Of a DNA stretch of 64,000 nucleotides, positions 51,229 through 64,000 are shown piece after piece. How positions within the stretch are numbered: the first letter of the stretch is position 1; every line of letters starts with the position of its first letter. Position numbers and translations under genes: made by a program. The notes beneath the pieces were generated by a model. It did not search any database and was not told the DNA's origin. It worked only from the letters and a program-made list of their open reading frames with translations. This DNA comes from Eledone cirrhosa (taxonomy: Eukaryota): assembly GCA_964016885.1 (NCBI GenBank), contig OZ024744.1, positions 35,154,001 through 35,218,000 of the forward strand, read 5' to 3'.

Positions 51229-51442
51229 TTTACGTCTGCTTTTCCCTGCTTGCAATGGTTGGACTGGTCCTATTCAGCAGAGCATCTCTCCACTTGTCAC
51301 GGTCCTTCGTCATCTCCTCCGTGAGTTTCATATGATCTGGCTAGCCTTATAGTGTGACAATCTGCCTAACCCATGCAAGCACGAAAAATAGGCATCAAAT
51401 GATGATGATATATATACATATACATATATATATATGTGTGTA

Positions 51443-51552
<110 letters not shown>

Positions 51553-51581
51553 AAAGAATAGAGGTGTAACACACAAGTTAT

Positions 51582-52265
51582 TATATATTGGTAAACGGAA
51601 TAGAAAATGCTGACAAATTGTTCAGAGTGAAAAATAGTTTAATTAGTGAGAATTAGTAATTGTATTGGTTAGTATTCAGTTTTGGTTTTAAGTTTTACCG
51701 GTTGCGCATTACTAATGCTTTTCAAAAATAATTTTGAGATAGAGCGTCCGTGATGTTTGCTCTGATCTGATTAGTTTTGTGAATTCTACCTGTTTTTATG
51801 TTAAAAAAGTGGCTCCAGCGGTATTAAAATAAGTTTTGCGCCAATTCTTGTTGCAAAAATTCTTGTGGTCAAAACAATTTTGATTGGTCGGTAGAGGTCA
51901 TGTGAATGTAAAAAATTGATTTTGCGCCAAATGTAGGTTTGTGTCGGCTGACTGAGAAATTACTCTTTCACAACAAATATGTGTGTGTGTGTATGTAGTA
52001 GTAGTAAAGTGTTCGTTGTTGTGATAATGGTCAGCAGGGATGTGTGTGCGAACCGCAGCCTGTTGACAGTTCAAATGCCTATTAAGACAAGTGTGTGTGT
52101 GTGTGTAGCAGAGTAATTCGTGGTAGAGGGATGGTCAGTAGGAATGTGTCTGTAAGTGAGTGGGGGATATTTTAACATGTTAAAGATATTTTTCAGCTCT
52201 TGTCTTATACAGAGAAGTGTGTGTGTGTGTATATGTCTCTTTGTATGTTAATGTACGCGTGTGTA

Positions 52266-52297
<32 letters not shown>

Positions 52298-53010
52298 AGA
52301 ATGTGTGTGTGTGTGGGTGGACCAGTATTTTTTTCCTGTTAAAATTGGTGTACATTATTCGATATTTTCAGTAAAATCGATTCTCATCTTTTAACATGTT
52401 AAAATATCCCCCACTCACTTACAGACACATTCCTACTGACCATCCCTCTACCACGAATTACTCTGCTACACACACACACACACACACACACACTTGTCTT
52501 AATAGGCATTTGAACTGTCAACAGGCTGCGGTTCGCACACACATCCCTGCTGACCATTATCACAACAACGAACACTTTACTACTACTACTACTACTACAC
52601 ACACACACACACACATATTTGTTGTGAAAGAGTCATTTCTCAGTCAGCCGACACAAACCTACATTTGGCGCAAAATCATTTTTTTACATTCACATGACCT
52701 CTACCGACTAATCAAAATTGTTTTGACCACAAGAATTTTTGCAACACGAATTGGCGCAAAACTTATTTTAGTACCGCTGGAGCCACTTTTTTAACATAAA
52801 AACAGGTAGAATTCCCAAAACTAATCAGATCAGAGCAAACATCACGGACGCTCTATCTCAAAATTATTTTTGAAAAGCATTAGAAATGCGCAACCGGTAA
52901 AACTTAAAACCAAAACTGAATACTAACCAATACAATTACTAATTCTCACTTATTCCTAATTAAACTATTTTTCGCTGTGAACAATTTGTCAGCATTTTCT
53001 ATTCCGTTTA

Positions 53011-53019
<9 letters not shown>
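51582..53019. repeat. Large inverted repeat: ~600-630 bp arms, ~200-bp (GT)-rich spacer, next to (TA)n
   Basis: 51582-52187 is the reverse complement of 52386-53019, apart from scattered substitutions and microsatellite length changes. Confidence 0.92.
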
Positions 53020-53077
<58 letters not shown>

Positions 53078-53277
53078 CGAGAGAAAGAGAAAGTAAAAAT
53101 GACAAGAAAATGACAGACACAGAGGGTCTTGACAGAAATACATGCATAGAATGCAAGACAGACAGATATATAAAAGTAAAAATATAGAGTGCATATGTTG
53201 AGACAGTAGGTTTCTTTTGTAAAACGTGACCAAGATAAAATCAGACCACCAATCATTGTGTCAGCATGTCATTGTGA

Positions 53278-53342
<65 letters not shown>

Positions 53343-53659
53343 ATATATGTATGTCCATATATAACAAAAGAAACATTTTAAATATAGGTTAGTTCTTATA
53401 TTAGTATGTCGGTTGAAATGTTTTAATTATAATTTTTCTTCCCTTTTCTCCTTTCTTTTACACCATTTATATTCCATATCTTACTAACCGTGGGAGTTCA
53501 TTATAAAACTATATATAGATGAGTGTGTGTGTATATGCATATATATATATATATGTATATGTATATATACATACATATATAGGTATATGTATATATATAT
53601 TCCTACATACATATATATATACATATATACATATATACATATACATATACATCTATCTA

Positions 53660-54090
53660 GGGCGTGTAAAATTCCCGACATCCATGGATGAGTTCTCTCC
53701 AGCGGTCTCTGTCCCTCATTATCGCTGCCATGTCCTGCGTCTCCAAGTGACCAGTGTCTGTCCTTAGGTCACCAACATATGTCAACCTCGGTCACCCTCT
53801 TCTAGTGTGTCTTTGCAGGGGCTCCCACAGGAGCACTGAGTGCAATGTCAACTCTGGATGTCGGTGAGCATGTCCAGCTAACCTCAGTCTCCTCTGTGTC
53901 ACTTTTGAGCTGACTTTTGGGATGCTCGCATACAGCTCTGAGTTTTTCATCCTCAGTGTATACTGATTAATGTTCAGAGCCATCCTCAGCATTCTCGTGT
54001 AGCACCCATCCACCATCTGAGTGAGTCTCTTGGTCAGTGTCCAAGTCTCAGACCCATACAACAACACAGACTCCACTGTAGCAAGCCCTC
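53660..54090 (-). mobile_element. RTE-X/RTE-like LINE 3' fragment
   Basis: ATVESVLLYGSETWTLTK....DGCYTRMLRMALNI...RRLRLAGH..RH. Confidence 0.8.
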
Positions 54091-54163
54091 CACAGTTGAA
54101 TGCCCTTCCCATCACCAACCACTTCATAGGTATCAGCTGCTAGGTACGTTGGGGTGGGGCACA

Positions 54164-54203
<40 letters not shown>

Positions 54204-54266
54204 TGTGCCAATACTGGAATTGAAATATCAAGACCATAGAGGTATGTCATATATCAAATCATATAT

Positions 54267-54327
54267 TTTATCTGACGAGGACGTACCAGAAAAAAAAACA
54301 CAGTACCTTCGAAATATATATAATAAA
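54267..54327 (+). ncRNA. Type I minimal hammerhead ribozyme (family Y, second copy)
   Basis: tttat-CUGACGA-ggacgtac(loop)gtaccttc-GAAA-tatata-UA/ataaa; predicted cleavage after 54322. Confidence 0.72.
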
Positions 54328-54376
54328 GCATATATTTTGATTATGTGAATATCTTCATTAGTTGATATTTTGAATA

Positions 54377-54453
<77 letters not shown>

Positions 54454-54619
54454 TAAGACGTAAGGTATTCAGGATTGCGAGGCAATGTGTCAAGGAAAAT
54501 TGTAATATTAGTGGGGGAGACGTGTGGTCGTAATGACAATGGTGTACTTGCCCTCACTGACAGTGATAAGAAGGTAAGTTGGCAGTGTCACTACGAGAGG
54601 CTACTGTGGATGTGTAATG

Positions 54620-54930
54620 GGTAATGTGGATGTGTAATGTTAGTGTGCATGAGAGACATAGCATAAATAAACTGAGAGAAAAACTTGGTATTAGAGAAAT
54701 AGGATGTAGTGCACAAGAGAAAAGTCTGTATTGGTATGGCCATGTGATGTGCATGAAAGATCGCAGCTGCATAAAAAATACAGAGAAACCCCAGTTGTTA
54801 GGACTGGTGAAAAAGGCAGACCCAAGAAGACATGGGATGAAGTTATGATGACCGACCTTAAAAAACTAAACCTCATAACAGAAATGACTAAAGACTGCAA
54901 GGGCTGCGCTATGCAGTTCTGAAGAAGACC
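54620..54930 (+). mobile_element. RTE LINE 3' fragment
   Basis: WMCNVSVHER.SI.KLREKLGIR...WYGHV..M...GRPKKTWDEV. Confidence 0.75.
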
Positions 54931-56400
54931 AAACCTGAAGCATATAATGTGACATGAACTATCCCCATTCCCCCACCTCCACTAACCCCTAACAGCTCTT
55001 CTCAACATCACTACTTCAACCACACTGCGCCCCACCCCCCAACATACCTAGCAGCTGACACCAATGAAGTGGTTGGTGATGGGAAGGACATTCAACAGTG
55101 GAATGATAGGGTCCCCAGTCCCTATCATCTCATTTCTACAGCTGAGTAAACTGGAGCAATGTGAAATAAAGTGTCTTGCTCAAGGAAACAACATATCACC
55201 CGGTCTGAGAATCGAACTCACAACCTTTCGATTGCATGCATGCATGCATGTATGTATGTATGTATGTATGTATGTATGTATGTATGTATGTATGTATGTA
55301 TGTATGTATGTATGTATGTATGTCAGGTCACCAGTTGGTGCTACTGGTAACATGTATGCCAGTACAACCTGTCCCATGGTCGGGTCGTTGGCGACTAAAC
55401 TGGCAACCCCACCAAGGTTTCTTGGTGAGGAGGGTGACTTTGGATATCCTGCAGGACTAAAAACAAAACCTGTCAAAGGGCAAAGGAGCTCTTTAGAGTC
55501 AATGGTCATCCAAAATCACCGGGAGAGATGACCCCTTAGCCTTTGTCAAGGCAGAATTCTAGGAGAAGGAAAACTCTGATATAACACCTGCAACCCTGAT
55601 GGTATCCAATGATGTTGACTTGTTCTTCTTTTTGAAAATATCATCTTGGTTAAGAGAGTGCAGTGCCTTTGCTCACTATAAAAGCTTCACGGCACAGGCA
55701 TTGCTTTATATCTGGAGATCTCTCTGCACTTGTCGTCACATGGTACCATGGGCCCAGCACTATGTGTCAATAATTGTCACAGGTGTAGTGTTTGTACCAG
55801 AGTTTTCAAGTCGCTGGCTGGACTAAAAAGTCACACTCGTTCAGCGCATCGGTAGGGGTTCTCTTACATGGATATAAAGTAGTGGCCGTACTCGAAAACG
55901 AGTTGGCAGCCACCATATATATATAGAGATGTATATATATATATATATATATATATGAAAAACAGGTAGAAAAAGACGATTATTAGGAAGAAAAATATTT
56001 TTTTTTCCTTTTTATTTTTTTCTCTCTTTTTTTCTGGGTCAGAAAATGATTAAAACGAAATATATTACTTTGTGTGAAGGGTTAGGGTATTAGTTGATTT
56101 ATTTATTAATTAACAATGGCATTTATTTATTTATTTATTTATTTAATAATTGTCTATTACCGGTTTCAACATTTTTATGCATTACCAAATGATAATAATA
56201 TGTATTGGTGTAAAATGGTGGTGTTGAACATGTTAAGGAAATGGTGCAGAAAGAATAATGTTATTTACAAACAAGGTTTATAATATATATATATATATAT
56301 ATTTATTAAAATAACAGATTAAAGAATCGCTGCTTTCATCCTTAACGGGATCTTCCTTATCGAGCCCTCTTTGGATTTTAGTCTTCAAATTTATTATTAT

Positions 56401-56471
<71 letters not shown>

Positions 56472-56637
56472 TAATATATATATAAATTTTGAGTATATGT
56501 TGGTTGTTTACCGACACCTCAATATGCAGATTGGAGCACTCGACGAAGTACGCAGGTTGGTTTGGTTATTCCGGAGTAATGTAAAATAAAATAATTAAGT
56601 CAAATATTTAAAATTTGGCTTCGTTTATTAAAGATGT

Positions 56638-56692
56638 ACTGTTACATATATTTCGGTGACAGCCATCATTGGCTGTGACCTCTTCAGGCAGT
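56638..56692 (-). ncRNA. Type I hammerhead ribozyme (family Z, third copy, slightly decayed)
   Basis: Same core and stem II as 44466-44520; loop 3 is tatatg and the first stem I pair is mismatched. Confidence 0.65.
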
Positions 56693-56927
56693 CTGAATTG
56701 GTGTAGTAGAGATAGGTACGCATGTTGTTGAGGTGTTTAACTCCGTCAATACTCCAATATGCCCAGTTCCTGGTTGGGTTGTTATTTCTCTGAGGAACTG
56801 GAATATATATATATTAATAAAAGGAATTCCAACTTTGTCTGATTTACTCGTTTTATTTACAATCCTTTAAAATTATAATGATATTATAATGAAATAGTAT
56901 GGTAGAATATTAAATGTTAAATGTTAA

Positions 56928-56968
56928 TTGAACAAGTACTTTCATGCTTTCGCAATCTTCAGGTTCAA
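56928..56968 (-). ncRNA. Minimal hammerhead ribozyme in the Penelope 3' pseudo-LTR
   Basis: ttgaac-CUGAAGA-ttgc(gaaa)gcat-GAAA-gtac-UU/gttcaa; palindromic AGUACU loop 3. Confidence 0.7.
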
Positions 56969-59900
56969 ATTCAGTGGTGACAGTCAAGTTTGCAATTTTC
57001 AACTGTAATGAGATGGCTAAAATCTGTGCCTTATATACAGTAAAAAAGGGTTACAGAATGCTAAGTTTTGCAAACTGTATTTCGAGCAATCGTTGTGTGG
57101 TTTCACTAGATTACTAAAACTGATTGGTTTAGGCATCTCGGTTGGTTGAGCATGTTTAACGACTTCTATTTGACCCTATCCAAAGCATTAATTTTTTTGC
57201 TATTTTTAGAAATGATGAAAAGAGCATTTCCTAGGGTTTTAAAAATCTTCAGTAATCATCACCATCAACATCAATGTTATTATTATTATTGTTGTTGTTG
57301 TTGTCAGTGGTGGTAGTCGACATGGTCGTTGGCGTAGTCATTTAGCTTGGGTTTGAATTTATCAATAAAATTCTTTTCTTTAATTTCGGGTCTCTGATTT
57401 GCTGGCGGTGCACCCGTGCACGTTCCAATAGTGCATTTCCAGTTTGACCGACATATATTTCTTCACAATTCGGGCATTTAATGCAATAAATTAGATTTCT
57501 GCTTTTCCAGTTCATATTTGCATTTGGGAATATTTTTCCAGTTTTTGTGTTCATATATTGACCAGTGTGTATGAATTGACATGTGCCACATCGACTATCA
57601 TTGCATTTAGATACAGTGAATGATTGGTCTTTGTTGTTAAGGTCAAACTTTGCCTATGTTAGTAATTGATTCAAATTTTTCGGCTGTCTTTTACTAAGAG
57701 TCAAAGATCAGTCTGTGATTAAACCTTTTAATTCATTACTTTGAGCAATGATCGGTAGGTTTGCTTTGGCAGGGTTGAAGATATTCTGGTGACATGGGTT
57801 GTGTGTCATTATAAATGGTATGGCCAGTTCTTGGTTTCTTCTTTCTTGGGTTGTCCTAAGTTGTTGTATAGGTATTTTTATAGCTCGCTGTATGCCATTT
57901 TCTATAAGTAGAGATGGGTATTTTTGTTTCAGCAAAAATTCTCTCAGTTCTGTTAGGCGTTTGTTCCTGGTATTCGTATCTTCTACAATGGTACAAACTC
58001 TTCTGGATAGACAGTATGGGATGTTGCGTTTTGTATGAGGTGGATGGCACGACTTAAAATTTAGATATTGATGGGTGTCTGTGTGTTTATAATATATATC
58101 CGTGGTAATGGTGGTGTCGTTTGTGATTACCATTATATCTAGGAATGGTAATTTGGTACTACTCATCTCTTTTGTAAATTGGAGAGATGGGTGTAGGTTA
58201 TTCAGGAGGATATTGAACTCATCCAGAGTATCTAGAGATTCTGTCCAGATGATGAAACAGTCGTCAAGGTATCTCTTCCAAGACTTTTCAATGTAATTTC
58301 TAAATTCAGTGCTATATTTTTCCTCTAAATCTTGGTAGAGTTATTGTTCTAAGTATCCCATTACAGAGTTCACGTAAACGGGAGCAAACTTCGTTCCCAT
58401 CGCTGTGTCTCTAATTTGGATGTAATTCTTTCCATTGAAGAAAAATGTGTTGTTTTCCAGAATAAGTCTGACTGCGTCTAATATAAATGGCATTGTGAAT
58501 CTGGTGGGAATCACTTCTCTATGTTTTTCCACCCAGTATTTAACCGCCTTTATTCATAAATCATGTGTAATGTTGGTGTAAAGGCTTACCGCATCAAAAC
58601 TAAGTAGAAGTGAATTTGTTTCCGTGGTTTTGGGAAGATGGGACAGGAAGTCGATATCATCCCGGATGAAACTGGGTATGTGAATACATAGTGGTTTCAA
58701 AATAATGTCAACAAAATTGCTTAGACGGTGGGTGGGCATGTTGGACCAGCTATAATAGGTCTAAGTTTTAAGTCTTTTGGGTGTAGTAATTTAATGTACT
58801 CACTTTTTTGTTCTTTTACTGCAGGTTGTATTTCTTATGAACTTTCGGTAGGCCATACAGGTTGCTGGGTTTTGGCTCAAAATTGGTGATGTAGTCTCTT
58901 TCATTATTAGTAAGTGAGTTGTAGTATTTTGAAGCCAGGTTTTTGATCTTCTTCATGATGTTGTGGTCTATATTTGACGGTATTTCATGGTAGAATGTTT
59001 TGTCTTTCAGTTGTTCCTCAACCAAATATTTGTAGTATTCAGCATCCATTATAACAACTGCAGCCCCTTTATCTGCTTGTTTAATTATTATTGTTTTAAC
59101 ATTTTGTATACGTTTAAGTGCAGACATTTCCGATTTGTTAATGTTTGGCCTAACATTAATATTACAAGTAAGAATAAATTTAGACAGGATATCAATGTTT
59201 TGGTCGAGATAGATATTTCTTCCTTTTGGTGGAGTGAAATTTGATTTATTCTTTACTAGTGATTCATCACTCTCATTACTTTTATCAGCGAAGAATTCTA
59301 CAATGCGTAATTTACGACAGAATTCTTGGGTATCCTCCTTTAGTTCTTGGTGGTTGACTGTTGGAGTCAGTGTGAATTTCAGTCCTTTTGACAAAATTTG
59401 CATTTCATCATTGTCAAGATCTCTTTTGGGTAAATTACTTATTTTAGGATCTACATGTTCAATTGTTTTGGGTATGTTTCCTCCTGGAGTTTTTGTTTTT
59501 CCGGTTTTTGTTGTCCTGACGTTAAAAAATGGATTTTTCTCTGTTCAGGATTTATATTCCTGTTGGTGTTTGCTTGATGAACTTTTGGTTGTGATATTAT
59601 ACTTAGTTTCGTTATTTTTTGTCCTATTTTTGGATTATGTATATTATTTTTCCATTTCTTGTTAGCATTATTTTTAACAATCTGGGAAAATGACCTAGGT
59701 TTGCTTTCAGGTTTAGATCGTTTTTTTGCCCAGTTTCTTGTGGGTAGTCTCTGTTGAGATCTTGAAAGTAATCTGGTTATTCTACGGATTTTTTCCCTGT
59801 TCCGTGTGGCTAGTCTCTGTTGAGATCTTGAGAATGATCTCCTGGTTTTACTACTTCTCATGGTCTGGTCAAAGGAATATCTATCGTGTTTGCGCTTTTT

Positions 59901-60998
59901 GTTCATGTTGTGTGCGTTAGGGTGTTTTTGTAGAAAAAACGAAGAATTCTTACCGTAGTCTTCTTTGATTCAAGGTAAGGTGAGTGTTTGTGTTGCCACA
60001 TGTTCTGGCGTATGTTGTGTTGGTGAGATTGTCCACTTTTAATGCATTTTCTCAGAGTTCCAGAGTCTTTACTGTAATTTGCAGCATATTCGTCGAGAAA
60101 TAATTGTTTCTGCTGCCAAAACTTTCTTGATTTGCTTTCTTCTTTTGAGATATCTCTGATCCATAGTTCTCGTAGTTTTTCAGCTATATTACCAGTCATT
60201 AGCTTTGAAATTTCGACTTCAATTTGGTCATCAATAGCTTTGTATTTGGTTTTGTAGCGGGATTGTTTACATTGAGAAATGGAGATGTCAGTCCTGAATT
60301 TTGTTAATGTAAGTTCCCATCGGAGTTTTGTTTCTTCTTCTGGCTCTCCCGCAATTTCTTTAATTAGGTATTTACGAGGGAGTATGGGTGCCGTCAGAGA
60401 GAGCCATTTCGAATGTGTTTCGACATATTTTTCGCATTTGTATGCTTTCCAGAAGTTTTGGTTTCTTATGTTAAGAAATATTTTCCATGTCATCCACATT
60501 TCTTTTCTTATTCGATGTGTTTTGTTTTCCAAATTTCTTTCGTTTAGTTCTGACGTCCAAGGGGGTTGTGGTAGGCTTTCTCTTGTATCTTTGATAACTG
60601 TTGGTATAATTTCAGCTAAATTCTTAATTTCAGAGTTTATATGTTCAGTTATAAGTTTTCCGTCTGTAGATTGTTTTTCTATTTCCTTTAAAATAGAGGA
60701 TTGTGTGTCAATCATCGTGATAAGTGTTGATAATTTCGATGATATCTCCTTTAGAATTCTTTCTGATTCTATTGATTTCATTTGTTGCTTTCCAGACATG
60801 TTGGCATACACACAATAGGAATATAGATATATAGATATAAATAAATATATACGGGTGTGTATGATTGTGTATAGAAGATTATATTAATAAAAGGAATTCG
60901 AACTTTGTCTGATTTACTCGTTTTATTTACAATCCTTTAAAATTATAATGGTATTATAATGAAATAGTATGGTAGAATATTAAATGTTAAATGTTAAT

Positions 60999-61037
60999 TG
61001 AACAAGTACTTTCATGCTTTCGCGATCTTCAGGTTCA
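60999..61037 (-). ncRNA. Minimal hammerhead ribozyme in the Penelope 5' pseudo-LTR
   Basis: tgaac-CUGAAGA-tcgc(gaaa)gcat-GAAA-gtac-UU/gttca. Confidence 0.65.
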
Positions 61038-61679
61038 TATTCAATAGTGACAGTCAAGTTTGCAATTTTCAACTGTAATGAGATGGCTAAAATCTGTGCC
61101 TTATATACAGTAAAAAAGGGTTACAGAATGCTAAGTTTTGCAAACTGTATTTCGAGCAATCGTTGTGTGGTTTCACTAGATTACTAAAACTGATTGGTTT
61201 AGGCGTCACGGCTGGTTGAACATGTCTAACGACTTCTATTTGACCCTATCCAAAGCATTAATTGTTTTGCTATTTTTAGAAATGATGAAAATAGCATTTC
61301 CTAGGGTTTTTATAAAAAATCTTCAGTAATCATCACCATCAACATCACTTTTATTATTATTGTTGTTGTTGTTGTTGTAAGTGGTGGTAGTCGACATGGT
61401 CGTAGGCATAGTCATAGTAGGAGTAATACCCCTAAGCATTATTATTGTTCATTTAGCTTGGGTTGGAATTTATCAATAAAATAGTTTTCTTTAATTTTTC
61501 TCTTGATTTCACTTGGGCTGTGTAGTTTGTAGAATGAAAATATTATAAATATTTTCTGACCACATGTTGCTAGATGGTTACTCAGGGGTATCTGACGGAC
61601 ATTTGGGTCTCTGATTTGCTGTCGGTGCACCAGTGCAAGTCCATCTTTCAGTCTAAGTTGGCTAACCTCAAGCAACTTT

Positions 61680-62850
61680 TAAAAAACCCCGAAGTCAAGG
61701 TTTTTTCATTCTTTGGAATTATCTGTCAATCCTTAAGTTGTATTTCCTTAGAGTTAGTCCCTTTTACAAATTCTCGTTGTCCCCGCAACACTTTGACGAG
61801 ACCTAATATTCAGTGAGCTCGAGGGTTTGGTTAATGTCCGACTCTCTCCAGAGTCCCACAAGCAAGCTACCTTACCCAAATGGTTGGGGGTCTTGGTTTG
61901 CATAAGTGTACTTCATTGTTCCTACCTTGCTTTTTTTCCTCCATCCACGCCTGCTCCCCTTTGGTAGGTGACATCCTTTCCTTCCCAACTTGGACTAGTT
62001 CCACCAAGGAGTTCCACTAGTTCCACCACGAAGCTTTACTACAGTGGAGAGAACTGGCTTTGTCAGTTCCAGTTACTGATGAGGATAAACGGAAGCAGAG
62101 AGTATGGGACAATCTACGTTCGAGGGAAACTTCCAACTCTCTCTTTGATCTTTCCGATAAATTTTCTTGGTGCCGCTTACTCTCTGCTAGCGCAAAGTTT
62201 TCAGGTGACTGGATTGATGCCCTGCCTATGGCCAACATTGGTTGCCTTCTCAGTCAGGACGAACTCCGCATCTCCATTGCACTTCATGTGGGAGCCGACG
62301 TCTGTGGGGGTCTGAGCGCCGCTGTGGTAGATCCCTCGACTCCATGGTTTGTCCTGCCATCTGAATGCTGGTCGTATTGCCCGTCACACTGAGCTAAACC
62401 TGATCATCAAATGGACCCTGGCTTGGGTTAATATCCCCACAGTTCTGGAGCCGGCTGGTTTATCCAGAAGTGATGGGAAGAGACCAGGTGGTCTTACCTT
62501 TTGTCCCTGGGTGAGATGAAGGTGTCTCATCTGAGACATCACAGTCAATGACTCTTTCCCCCCCTCCCACATCATGGACGCCACGGTGAATGTAGTGGGT
62601 GGGGGGGGGGGGGTCACTGCTTCGGAAATACCAAGACTTATCAAACAATTATTTTTCCAGCCTGTGGCGTTCAAGACGTTCGGTGGAGTTCGGCTGCTCA
62701 CAGTGATGTTCTTGTCTTCACTGGTCGCTCGCCTTTCTGAGGTGTCAGGTGATGCCCGTGAGGGTATCTAGTTATTTTAGTGCCTTAACCTTGCTATCAC
62801 CCGTGATAATGCTGCGAGCGTGTTGGCTTGCCTGAAAGTGTATAGTTAAC
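61680..62850 (+). mobile_element. CRE-like non-LTR retrotransposon 3' part, decayed
   Basis: QATLP...GGLGL, RLLSASAKFSGDWIDALP..NIG.LL..DELRISIAL, RH.ELN.II, EPAGLSRSDGKRP.GLT.CPW, FQPVAF.TFG, LAITR.NAASVL. Confidence 0.8.
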
Positions 62851-63789
62851 CCCTAAGATGTGAGGTGTTTCAGACTGTCACACTTGGGTGTGGATTTACC
62901 TCCCTCCCTTTTTTTTACTGATTTGAGTTGTGTGTGCGTGTGTGTATGTGTGCGTATGTGTGTGTATGAGTGCATGTGTGTGTGTGTGTATGTGTGTGCG
63001 TCTGTGTGTGTGTGTGTGTGTGCACCAGTTAACCCAATACTGGCTGAAAGAGACGGTCAGTAGGTCAGTAGGGCCATAATAAAGATAATTGTTAAGCGTG
63101 TAAGGAGAAGCTGTCCTGATAGGGCTGAGCGGTGTGTGTGAACAATTACGATCTACTTTCATCGGCTGGGTAATGTCCATAGGGGTGGTATATCACGAGG
63201 AATAATAATATCATATATCATTTCTGTCAGACATCAACCAGAAGAAGCCGTCCCTAGCATTGGCACACATAACGTTTGTTACAAGCATATCGAGACAACA
63301 GGCTGTGGAAGGTTTCTACAGACGGGAGAAATTTTAAATAGGAATAAAAGAAAAAGAAGAAATGTATACCTAAGTGGTCATGTGATTACGTCAGCACAAT
63401 GATTCCCAATGGGCTGATGTGTTGATTTTGGCTGTGAGATAGAAATCAGGGCATTCATCCGCATATACATACATGCGCTTACGAACGTACATATGCAAAT
63501 ATATGTATGATATATACATATAGGCAGTGACATATGGAAAATCAATTAGTGGTCAGTTCTTCAGTCTAAAATCCCTAGGGAGAATAGGTCGCCAAATAGT
63601 GTTTGTACAAGTTGAAAACATGTATGTATACATATATATAAATCTATATATACACATGTACATGTACACACATAAACACACTTCCATATATATATATTGA
63701 GTGAGTGTGAAAGACCAAAGGTCATTATTAAAATTCTCTGGATGTGTATACTTTTTATTGGAGATACTCTAAACCACCATGCATTTAGG

Positions 63790-64000
63790 GAGTAAAAACC
63801 CAGCGTCCACATACTCCCTCCACAGCACTAATATCAAGAAGTCTTCTTGTGAATGTGACCTGGGCATTGCGGTCAGCAGCGATTAGCGTTGGACGAAGCA
63901 CGTCTCTAAAATTGTCAAGAGGGCCGAGGGTGTCTTAGCATCACCCAGCAAGACCTTTGTCAGCCGCTCTCCAGCTATCTATTTAAGGCTGTACATGGCT
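63790..64000 (+). mobile_element. CR1-type LINE ORF2 fragment, running off the window end
   Basis: ECDLGIAVSSD*RWTKHVSKIVKRA.GVL....KTFVSRSP.IYLRLY. Confidence 0.7.

Larger units (their letters stand above)
56811..61631 (-). mobile_element. Penelope-like element (Neptune-type), near full length with partial-tandem pseudo-LTRs, ORF disrupted
   Basis: Direct repeats 56811-57414 and 60881-61631 (offset 4070 at left ends). ILSKGLKF, IKQADKG, YGLPKVHK, SFDAVSLYTNI, TAMGT.FAP.Y.N, RYLDD, LPFLD, YYK.TD, CNDSRCGTC linker, GIY-YIG LIYCIKC..C..IYVGQT. Confidence 0.93.

Noticed and set aside
55325-55410. HDV-like ribozyme at a probable RTE 5' UTR
   Set aside because: P2-like (TGCCAGT/ACTGGCA), P4-like and CTAA elements are present, but I could not build consistent P1/P3/P1.1 pairings by eye; needs a descriptor search
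59903-59906. AUGA stop-start translational coupling between Penelope ORFs
   Set aside because: The downstream frame is already open ~21 codons upstream of this ATG and the element has many other lesions, so a decay frameshift is the simpler explanation

Overview
AT-rich, microsatellite-laden animal genomic DNA, not prokaryotic. The repeat landscape (RTE LINEs with partner tRNA-SINEs, Penelope, Tx1, R4, CRE and CR1 remnants, mariner, pogo and piggyBac elements) and a molluscan-type gene suggest a cephalopod, probably Octopus (inference). One host gene can be reconstructed by hand: neuroendocrine protein 7B2 (SCG5 orthologue) on the + strand. It has five coding exons (6561-6858, 20167-20292, 25414-25616, 26400-26453, 30272-30349) giving 252 aa with a signal peptide, the PPNPCP motif and two C-terminal AKK inhibitor motifs. 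Its 3' UTR folds into a long imperfect hairpin. A CpG-richer, promoter-like region lies at about 1.3-1.5 kb. The most unusual signal is in 40-62 kb: at least nine type I hammerhead-ribozyme (HHR) motifs from five sequence families, plus half and variant motifs. Most sit between (TA)n tracts, inside direct-repeat, inverted-repeat or snap-back palindrome structures. They include a non-coding retrozyme-like unit with a predicted 506-nt monomer and a decayed, near full-length Neptune-type Penelope element with an HHR in each pseudo-LTR. All RNA folds were paired by eye; none was computed or tested.
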